DNA of 32,000 nucleotides from Parasynechococcus marenigrum WH 8102 (GTDB lineage Bacteria; Cyanobacteriota; Cyanobacteriia; PCC-6307; Cyanobiaceae): NCBI RefSeq assembly GCF_000195975.1, contig NC_005070.1, positions 2,190,001 to 2,222,000 of the forward strand, read 5' to 3'. Shown piece by piece: positions 25,473 to 32,000 of this stretch (position 1 is its first letter; each line of letters starts with the position of its first letter). The notes under the pieces were generated by a model. It saw only the letters and a program-made list of their open reading frames with translations, ran no database searches and was not told where the DNA came from. The position numbers and the translations under genes were made by a program.

Positions 25473-25908
25473 GCTACCTCTGCCGGTGGAGAACGAACTC
25501 AAGGCCGTCAAACTGGCGGCACGACGCCGCAGCTGGCGGATCGCCGGGGACCTACCGGCCAGCTTTCGTTACGCAGCTCAGGGGCTGGGTTACGCGTTCA
25601 GCAGCCAGCGCAACTTCCGCATCCATGTGCTGATCGGTGCGGTGGTCTTCGGCCTGGCGGTTGTGCTGCAACTGGATCTGATCCGCATGGCTGTGTTAGC
25701 GCTCACGGTCACGGCCGTGCTCGTGCTGGAACTGCTCAACACCGCCATCGAGGCGGTGGTGGATCTGGCCATCGGTCGTCGTTACCACCCCCTGGCCCGC
25801 ATCGCCAAGGACTGCGCCGCGGCCGCGGTGCTGGTGGCAGCCATCAGCTCCCTGCTGATCGCTCTGTTCCTATTGCTTCCACCGCTCCTCCTCCGCCTGA
25901 ATTTCTGA
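25462..25908 (+). CDS. dgkA: Diacylglycerol/undecaprenol kinase (DgkA family)
   Basis: [12 protein letters not shown]...[16 protein letters not shown]...[12 protein letters not shown]. The start at 25462 overlaps the ybeY end by 11 nt. The upstream part of the track ORF lies in a ybeY alternative frame. Confidence 0.85.
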   Translation: MPTELPLPVENELKAVKLAARRRSWRIAGDLPASFRYAAQGLGYAFSSQRNFRIHVLIGAVVFGLAVVLQLDLIRMAVLALTVTAVLVLELLNTAIEAVVDLAIGRRYHPLARIAKDCAAAAVLVAAISSLLIALFLLLPPLLLRLNF

Positions 25909-25918
25909 GGTCCCGCCG

Positions 25919-26521
25919 ATGCTGCTGGTCATCGACAACTACGACAGCTTCACCTTCAACCTGGTGCAGTACCTCGGTGAGCTGGCTCCCCATTACCCCA
26001 TCGCTGCGGATCTCCAGGTGCACCGCAACGACGCCCTCACCCTGGCGCAGATCCGAGAACTGAAGCCGGACGCCATCCTGCTCTCGCCTGGTCCGGGCGA
26101 TCCGGACCAGTCCGGGGTCTGCCTGGAGGTGCTCCAGGATCTGTCCCCCACCACTCCAACCCTTGGGGTTTGTCTAGGACATCAGGCCATCGCCCAGGTG
26201 CATGGCGGCCGCGTCGTGCGTGCCAGCCAACAAATGCATGGCAAAACCTCCCCCGTGCTGCACAACGGCGAAGGGGTGTTCGCCGGGCTACCTCAGCCCC
26301 TCACAGCCACCCGCTACCACTCCCTGATCGCCGAACGCAGCTCACTGCCGGACTGCTTGGAGGTGACGGCCTGGCTGGAGGACGGCACGATCATGGGCCT
26401 GCGCCACCGTGAACATCGCCATCTTCAGGGGGTGCAGTTTCATCCCGAGAGTGTGTTGACCGACGCCGGCCACCAACTGCTGGCCAACTTTTTGAAGGAA
26501 GCCAACGGAGAACGCTGTTAG
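25919..26521 (+). CDS. trpG: Glutamine amidotransferase subunit of anthranilate/aminodeoxychorismate synthase
   Basis: [22 protein letters not shown], the catalytic GVCLGHQAI, and GVQFHPES. Confidence 0.92.
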   Translation: MLLVIDNYDSFTFNLVQYLGELAPHYPIAADLQVHRNDALTLAQIRELKPDAILLSPGPGDPDQSGVCLEVLQDLSPTTPTLGVCLGHQAIAQVHGGRVVRASQQMHGKTSPVLHNGEGVFAGLPQPLTATRYHSLIAERSSLPDCLEVTAWLEDGTIMGLRHREHRHLQGVQFHPESVLTDAGHQLLANFLKEANGERC

Positions 26522-26547
26522 CGTCCGCTCTCTGCTGTTCATTAGCC

Positions 26548-27267
26548 ATGCACGTCCTGCGCTCAGCTGCATTTGCCGCCACAGGATTGGCACTGAGCCT
26601 GCAGGCCGTCGCCCATGCCGGTGGAGTCAGCATCAGTAGCTATGGCCAACGGGCCCTGCTGATACAGGGTGGGGGCCAATCGGTTCTGCTGAATCCCTAC
26701 AAAGCTGTGGGTTGTGCAGTGGGCTTGCCAGAACCCCGCGTCAACGCAGGCCTCGTGCTGGCCAGCTCCGAACTGGCCGACGAAGGGGCCCGCGGTGTTG
26801 CCTCGGGACGCTTTCTGGTGGCGCCCGGCTCCTACAAGGTGGGGGGTCTGAATCTGGAGGGTTTCGCCAGCCCCCACGACCGGATCGAAGGCCGTCGCTT
26901 CGGTAATGCCACGATCTGGCGCTGGCAACAAGGTGGTCTTGACTTCGCCCATGTGGGTGCCACCGCCGGACCGATCAGCGGCCCTGACCGCGTACTTTTG
27001 GGCCGCCCCGATGTGCTGATCATCGGTGTTGGTGGAGGCGACAAGATTTACAACGGTGAGGAAGCTGCTGCTGTGGTGAAGCAGCTCAACCCCAGACGAG
27101 TCATCCCGGTGCAATACATCAACGGCAATGCCCCTGCCAACTGTGATCAGGGCGGAGTTCAACCGTTCCTCAACGCCATGGGCGGCACCACCGTGGTGAA
27201 TCCAGGCCGCAGCATCAACCTCCCCGCCAACCTGCCGGACACCACTGTGATCACGGTGTTGCGATAA
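26548..27267 (+). CDS. Secreted MBL-fold (UlaG / Lactamase_B_3-like) protein lacking the canonical His metal ligands
   Basis: It has a signal peptide (MHVLRSAAFAATGLALSLQAVAHA|G). Its layout resembles UlaG-like hydrolases (LLIQGGGQSVLLNPY..., LGRPDVLIIGVGG, EEAAAVVKQLNPRRVIPVQY). SSELADEG stands where HxHxDH is expected, and PVQY where PMHY is expected. Confidence 0.45.
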   Translation: MHVLRSAAFAATGLALSLQAVAHAGGVSISSYGQRALLIQGGGQSVLLNPYKAVGCAVGLPEPRVNAGLVLASSELADEGARGVASGRFLVAPGSYKVGGLNLEGFASPHDRIEGRRFGNATIWRWQQGGLDFAHVGATAGPISGPDRVLLGRPDVLIIGVGGGDKIYNGEEAAAVVKQLNPRRVIPVQYINGNAPANCDQGGVQPFLNAMGGTTVVNPGRSINLPANLPDTTVITVLR

Positions 27268-28282
27268 TAGGTGTTGCGATAATGGGTGTTGCGGTAACAG
27301 GTGCTGCGCTGATCAATTCGGCCAAATCATCCCGACTCAGTCCGGCAATCAAGGCCAGCAACAGCAGCACCCGGGCCTTCTGCGGGCTCAGGTTGCCAGC
27401 AGGCAACAGCCCGAGCCGTTCATCCTCGTGATGGTGGTGCACGGGGCCAGAACCACAGCGGTTGGCCCGCAACATCAACGGCCGCGACCCAGCCCAGGCC
27501 TGCAGAACAGAACGCTCACCCGCCGACAGCTGGCCGGCTCCGGTACCGGTGAACACCAAGCCCGGAGCACCGGCGTTGAGACAGGCCTGGAGGATCAACG
27601 GATCGGGCTCCACACAGCCGTAGACGATGGGCACCTGGGGCCATTGCTCCGGTAGAGCCAGCGCAGCGAAGGGCACCTGGCGTGATCCAGTCGCCGTTGG
27701 CAAATGAACGCCCATGTCATCCACACAGCCCAAAGGCCCATACCCGGGGCTGGCGAAGGCCCCCACCCCCTGGGTGGCCACTTTGCCGACATGGCGAGAT
27801 GGATGGATCTGGCCATCCATCACCACCAGCACGCCGTGGCCACGGGCTTCAGGACTCAAAGCCACCTGCACCGCCTGGAACAGATTGAGCGGACCATCGG
27901 CACTGAGGGCCGTGGCCGGTCGCATCGCCCCCACCAGAACCACCGGCCGAGGATCATCAATGAGCAGCTGCAGCAACCAGGCGGTCTCCTCCAGGGTGTT
28001 GGTGCCATGGGTGATCACCACACCCGTCAGCTCGGCGTCCGCCGCGAAGACAGCACGAATGCGCGCCACCAGCGCTCGCCAATGCTCAAACAACAGTTCG
28101 GCGCTGTCGACATTGGCCACCTGCTCGACGCTGATCGTCGCCAGGTTCTGCAACTGGGGGACCGCCGCCAGCAACGCGTCTCCCGCCATGGCACCGGCGG
28201 TGTAGTCGTTCAAACGGGTTGGGTCGCTTGCCTGGCCGGCGATGGTGCCGCCCGTGGCCAGCAACAGCAGCCGGCGGCTCAT
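27251..28282 (-). CDS. L-asparaginase
   Basis: LLLLATGGTIAG matches asparaginase signature 1. GVVITHGTNTLEETAW matches signature 2, with Asn in place of the usual Asp. The start at 28282 ([12 protein letters not shown]) overlaps the upstream stop as ATGA. Confidence 0.85.
   Translation of the reverse strand: MSRRLLLLATGGTIAGQASDPTRLNDYTAGAMAGDALLAAVPQLQNLATISVEQVANVDSAELLFEHWRALVARIRAVFAADAELTGVVITHGTNTLEETAWLLQLLIDDPRPVVLVGAMRPATALSADGPLNLFQAVQVALSPEARGHGVLVVMDGQIHPSRHVGKVATQGVGAFASPGYGPLGCVDDMGVHLPTATGSRQVPFAALALPEQWPQVPIVYGCVEPDPLILQACLNAGAPGLVFTGTGAGQLSAGERSVLQAWAGSRPLMLRANRCGSGPVHHHHEDERLGLLPAGNLSPQKARVLLLLALIAGLSRDDLAELISAAPVTATPIIATPIIATP
27255..27314. repeat. 15-bp tandem repeat, 3 good copies and 1 degenerate copy
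   Basis: The copies are ggtgttgcgataata (27255-27269), ggtgttgcgataatg (27270-27284), ggtgttgcggtaaca (27285-27299) and ggtgctgcgctgatc (27300-27314). The repeat encodes the asparaginase C-terminus (VTATPIIATPIIATP*) and holds the last codons of the MBL-fold gene. Confidence 0.9.
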
Positions 28283-29397
28283 GGATCGATGCTCAGATAG
28301 GCCTCCATAAAGCGCTGCATCTGGCTGGTGGTGCCGATGCTGACGCGGAAACACCCATCAATCAGCGGTTTGCCCGCCATGGAACGGATCAGGATGCCCT
28401 CACTGCGCAAGGCCGCATCGATCTCTTCCACGGAGCGCCGGGGCCAGATCAAGAGGTAGTTGCCTCCGTCGCAGTGATGGCGCACATCAGCCTGTAGCAG
28501 TGCCTCAACGGTCCAATCGCGAGCACGCAGCACCTCGGCCACATAGGCGTCCACATACGACTGATCGGCCAAGGCAGCAAACGCCGCAGCCACGGCCACG
28601 CTGTTGACGTCGTAAGGCCCCGTGACGCGGCTCACCCGATCGACCACATCGGCATGACCAATGGCAAAGCCAATCCGCAACCCCGCCAATCCAGCTGTTT
28701 TGGCCAAGGAGCGGAACACCAGCAGATTCGGTGTGGCCGTGAAATCCGCGCTCGGCAGCACGCTGTCCCCGGTGAAGGCCTCGTAGAGCTCATCCACCAC
28801 CACCAAGGTGCCCGGGGCTGAGGCCGCCAAAGCAATCACCTGATCCGCTGGCAAGCGCGTGCCGGTGGGGTTGTTGGGGTTGCAGATCAACAGCAACCGC
28901 GGCGTGCGAGCCGCCAACGCCTCCTGAATGGCCGCCAGGGGGAAGTCAAACGTCTCCCCCTCGTAGGAGATCGCCTTGATCGTCATGCCCTGCATCCCAG
29001 CGCAGGGGCTGTAATACCCGAAGGTGGGCGCTGTGGTCAGCAACGTTTCACCGGCATCGCCATAGGCCTGCAATACCGCATGGATGGCGGCATCCACACC
29101 GTTGAACAGGCCCACCTGAGCAGGCTTCAACCCCGGACGGCAGCCGGTCTCCACCAGGTTCTGGAGCAGCGCCTCCCGCAGGCCGTCGTACTCCGGATAA
29201 ACGGCAATTTCTTCGGTGCTGAAGTTGCGCAGCGCCTGGGCCACCAGGGGGCTGGGGCCAATCGTGTTCTCGTTGAAATCAAGCCGCAGCATATGGCGGC
29301 GACCCTCCAGAGGCGCGCTGTAGGCCTTGAGCTGCTCCACTGCGGCACGGGCCGCCGGAGCACCACCGGGGGTGAACGGTTGGATGGTGTCGCTCAC
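28279..29397 (-). CDS. hisC: Class I/II PLP aminotransferase, histidinol-phosphate aminotransferase-like
   Basis: [21 protein letters not shown], and the PLP-lysine region [17 protein letters not shown]. The GTG start overlaps the argS stop (GTGA). Confidence 0.75.
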   Translation of the reverse strand: MSDTIQPFTPGGAPAARAAVEQLKAYSAPLEGRRHMLRLDFNENTIGPSPLVAQALRNFSTEEIAVYPEYDGLREALLQNLVETGCRPGLKPAQVGLFNGVDAAIHAVLQAYGDAGETLLTTAPTFGYYSPCAGMQGMTIKAISYEGETFDFPLAAIQEALAARTPRLLLICNPNNPTGTRLPADQVIALAASAPGTLVVVDELYEAFTGDSVLPSADFTATPNLLVFRSLAKTAGLAGLRIGFAIGHADVVDRVSRVTGPYDVNSVAVAAAFAALADQSYVDAYVAEVLRARDWTVEALLQADVRHHCDGGNYLLIWPRRSVEEIDAALRSEGILIRSMAGKPLIDGCFRVSIGTTSQMQRFMEAYLSIDP

Positions 29398-31187
29398 ATG
29401 CGGTCCAGGGTGGCGATGCCCAGCAGTCCGAGACCCAGTCTGAGGGTGTCTGCCGTTAAGCGGCAGAGGGCGAGGCGGGATGCCAGCGCTTCAGGATCCG
29501 CCTTGAGCACCGGCACCTGGTCGTAGAAGCGGTTGAACACCTGGCTGAGCTCGAACAGATAGCTGCAAAGGCGGTTGGGCAGTAGCTCCTCCTCCACCTC
29601 AGCGATCACAGAATCGAACTTGAGCAGCTCCCGCACCAGGGCCCATTCCTGGGGTTCGCTGAACTGCAGCTGCCCCGTCGACACCTCCAGGTCACCCCCT
29701 TTGCGGGCGATACCGGCGATGCGCACCACCGCATAGAGCAAATACGGGGCCGTGTTGCCCTGCAACGCCAGCATCCGATCAAAGGAGAATTGGTAGTTGG
29801 TGATCCGGTTCTGGCTGAGATCGGCGTATTTCACCGCCGCCAGGCCGACGGTGCCCGCCACGTTCTGGATGAACTCCTCCGACTCACTGCGCTCCTCTTC
29901 CTTCAGGCGTGAACGCAGGTCGGTTTCGGCGCGCTCGACGGCTTCATCGAGCAGATCCCGCAACCGCACCGTGTCGCCTGCGCGGGTCTTGAGCTTCTTG
30001 CCGTCCTCCCCTTGCACCAGGCCAAAGGGAACGTGCTCGAGGCGCGCACCGTCCGGGATCCAGCCGGCCCGTTCGGCCACCTGGAATACCCCGGCAAAAT
30101 GATTCGCCTGGCCGGCATCGGTGACATACACCACACGGCGGGCACCATCCCCATCCGGAGCTGCACCAAAGCGATAGCGGATGGCCGCCAGGTCGGTGGT
30201 GGCGTAGTTGAAGCCGCCATCACTCTTCTGCACGATCACCGGCAGGGGCTTGCCGTCTTTGCCCTGAACACCTTCGAGGAACACACACTGGGCACCGTCG
30301 TCAGTGACCAGCAGTTCAGCGGCCTTCAAGCCATCAATCACCGCGGGCAGGAAGGGGTTGTAGAACGACTCACCTCGCTCATTGAGGCGAATGTCGAGCC
30401 GGTCGTAGATCTTCTGGAACTCACGCCGCGACTGATCGCAGAGCAGCCCCCAGGCCTTGAGCGACACCGGATCGCCCCCCTGCAGTTTCACCACCTCCTC
30501 CCGGGAGGTGGATTGGAAGGCCTCATCGTCATCAAAGCGTTTCTTGGCTTCGCGGTAGAAGGCCACCAGATCGCCTAGATCCACTGCATCGGCGGTCTCG
30601 AGCGCGTCCGGCGCCACCTGCTTGAGGTGGGTGATCAACATCCCGAACTGGGTGCCCCAGTCGCCCACGTGGTTAAGACGCAGCACCGTATGGCCGCGGA
30701 ACTCCAGCACCCGCGCCAGCGAGTCACCAATGATCGTGGAGCGCAGATGCCCCACATGCATCTCCTTGGCGATGTTGGGGCTGGAGAAATCCACCACCAC
30801 CGGAGCAGCCTGCTCCACTGCAGGCACACCGAGACGCTCGTCCCCCAGCCGCGCCGACACCTCCGCCGCCAGCCGCTCCGGCCGAATCGTGAGGTTGATG
30901 AATCCAGGCCCGGCGATCTGCGGCTCCAGGCACAGGTCTGTGAAACCAGAATCGGCCTGCAGCTGCTCCACAATCGCGGTGGCGATCTGCCGGGGGGCCT
31001 GCTTCAAGGGCTTGGCCAGGGGCAGCGCACCGTTGGCCTGGAAGTCACCGAATTCCGGCTTGCTGGCGGGAGCCAGCTGGGGGTCCAGCACCGCATCGGC
31101 CACCGGGAAGGCCCGTTGCATCGCCGCCCGCAGCTGGGCATCCAGGGTGTTGGACAGGCTGAGCATCAGGGCCGGAACATCCGGCAC
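29394..31187 (-). CDS. argS: Arginine--tRNA ligase
   Basis: 597-aa [24 protein letters not shown] is the HIGH region. The C-terminal anticodon-binding DALR-type domain ends in ATLDRM. The true start may be the internal MLSLSNTLD (31166). Confidence 0.93.
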   Translation of the reverse strand: MPDVPALMLSLSNTLDAQLRAAMQRAFPVADAVLDPQLAPASKPEFGDFQANGALPLAKPLKQAPRQIATAIVEQLQADSGFTDLCLEPQIAGPGFINLTIRPERLAAEVSARLGDERLGVPAVEQAAPVVVDFSSPNIAKEMHVGHLRSTIIGDSLARVLEFRGHTVLRLNHVGDWGTQFGMLITHLKQVAPDALETADAVDLGDLVAFYREAKKRFDDDEAFQSTSREEVVKLQGGDPVSLKAWGLLCDQSRREFQKIYDRLDIRLNERGESFYNPFLPAVIDGLKAAELLVTDDGAQCVFLEGVQGKDGKPLPVIVQKSDGGFNYATTDLAAIRYRFGAAPDGDGARRVVYVTDAGQANHFAGVFQVAERAGWIPDGARLEHVPFGLVQGEDGKKLKTRAGDTVRLRDLLDEAVERAETDLRSRLKEEERSESEEFIQNVAGTVGLAAVKYADLSQNRITNYQFSFDRMLALQGNTAPYLLYAVVRIAGIARKGGDLEVSTGQLQFSEPQEWALVRELLKFDSVIAEVEEELLPNRLCSYLFELSQVFNRFYDQVPVLKADPEALASRLALCRLTADTLRLGLGLLGIATLDRM

Positions 31188-31200
31188 CGATCATCTCTCC

Positions 31201-32000
31201 TCAGGTGAAACGCATGCTCAGATCCAGCCAGCGGCTGCGGGTCACCGGCGCGCTGGTGGAGATCAGATCAATGCCGGTGGCGGCGTAGGCCTGCAACTGC
31301 TCGGGCTGAATGCCGGAGGCCTCCAGCACCACCACACCGGTGCTGGAGGCCCGCAGGCGCGGCACCAGCTGCGTGAGCTGCTTAGGGCTGAATTCATCCA
31401 GCAGCACCCCATTGGCGCCCGCCCGCACCGCCTCCAGCGCCTGAGCCTCCGTCTCCGCTTCCACAATCACGGCCGTAGGCCAGGGGGCCTGCTCACGCAC
31501 TGCGGCGATGGCCATCGTGATGCCCCCCGCCCAGGCGATGTGGTTCTCCTTCAGCATTGCCGCATCATCGAGACCCATGCGGTGGTTGATGCCACCACCG
31601 CAGCGCACCGCATATTTCTCCAGCAAGCGAAGCCCCGGTGTCGTCTTGCGGGTGTCGGCCAGACGCACACCCGTGCCCTGGAGCTGAGCCACCAATTCAG
31701 CGGTGGCGGTGGCGATGCCTGACAGCCGCATGGCCAGGTTCAAGGCGGTGCGCTCGCCAGCCACCAGGGCCGTGGCCGGGCCTTCCAGGTCGAGCAGGCG
31801 ATCACCCACCTCCACCGCGGCACCGTCATCCCGGAGCAAGTGAACGCTCACTTCAGGATCAAGCCGTTGGAACAGCTGTTGCACCAAGGGGCCCCCACAG
31901 AAACAGCCAGGCTGCTTCGCGATCCAATGGGCATAGCCGTGCTTGCGCTGCAGAGCTGAAGCGGTGAGATCGCCGCGACCGATGTCTTCCTCCAGCCATC
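31201..32000 (-). CDS. nadC: Nicotinate-nucleotide pyrophosphorylase (carboxylating); 5' end beyond the window
   Basis: DTRKTTPGLRLLEKYAVRCGGGINHRMGLDDAAMLKENH is present. The frame stays open upstream of the track's GTG (31887) and reads WLEEDIGRGDLTASAL up to the window edge. Confidence 0.9.
   Translation of the reverse strand, partial: WLEEDIGRGDLTASALQRKHGYAHWIAKQPGCFCGGPLVQQLFQRLDPEVSVHLLRDDGAAVEVGDRLLDLEGPATALVAGERTALNLAMRLSGIATATAELVAQLQGTGVRLADTRKTTPGLRLLEKYAVRCGGGINHRMGLDDAAMLKENHIAWAGGITMAIAAVREQAPWPTAVIVEAETEAQALEAVRAGANGVLLDEFSPKQLTQLVPRLRASSTGVVVLEASGIQPEQLQAYAATGIDLISTSAPVTRSRWLDLSMRFT

Noticed and set aside
30622-31722. 366-aa + strand ORF across argS/nadC
   Set aside because: It is antisense to two well-supported genes and has the same GC-rich shadow-frame composition.

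Overview
The window looks like a chromosomal segment of a marine picocyanobacterium (Synechococcus-type). This is an inference from the high-GC core genes and their order; no database search was possible. The GC-rich core backbone runs rsmH, ndhH, DUF2752, DHNA-CoA thioesterase, then menE-menC-menA / menF, gshB, grxC, prfB, ybeY, dgkA, trpG/pabA, an MBL-fold protein, asparaginase, a hisC-like gene, argS and nadC. Two visibly AT-rich islands interrupt it. Island 1 (1-~3800) encodes a family-2-type glycosyltransferase, partial at the window edge and therefore absent from the ORF track, followed by two convergent sulfotransferase-like genes and about 730 bp of non-coding or decayed sequence. Island 2 (~7435-17780) is filled by a single giant gene. 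The 1330-aa and 2014-aa ORFs of the track are one reading frame of about 3,440 codons, broken by one extra base in an 8-nt homopolymer (13778-13785). Read N to C, the repaired protein has these parts:
- a serralysin-like metzincin protease with an RTX beta-roll;
- a cupredoxin-like segment that holds the only cysteine of the whole protein, in a C-x2-H-x2-M motif;
- about 12 divergent ~150-aa modules with DxDxDG-type loops;
- a second RTX block encoded by nucleotide-perfect 27-bp repeats;
- a Pro/Thr/Ser linker built from 24-bp repeats;
- 31 uninterrupted 8-residue repeats before a short C-terminal tail.

Other notable points are an rsmH frameshift at a G8 run, a TM2-domain pseudogene with two in-frame stops, the classical programmed +1 frameshift site of prfB (CTT TGA C), and a 15-bp tandem repeat in a convergent gene overlap. 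I found no rRNA, tRNA, CRISPR array or transposase. All domain calls rest on motifs read by eye, not on searches.
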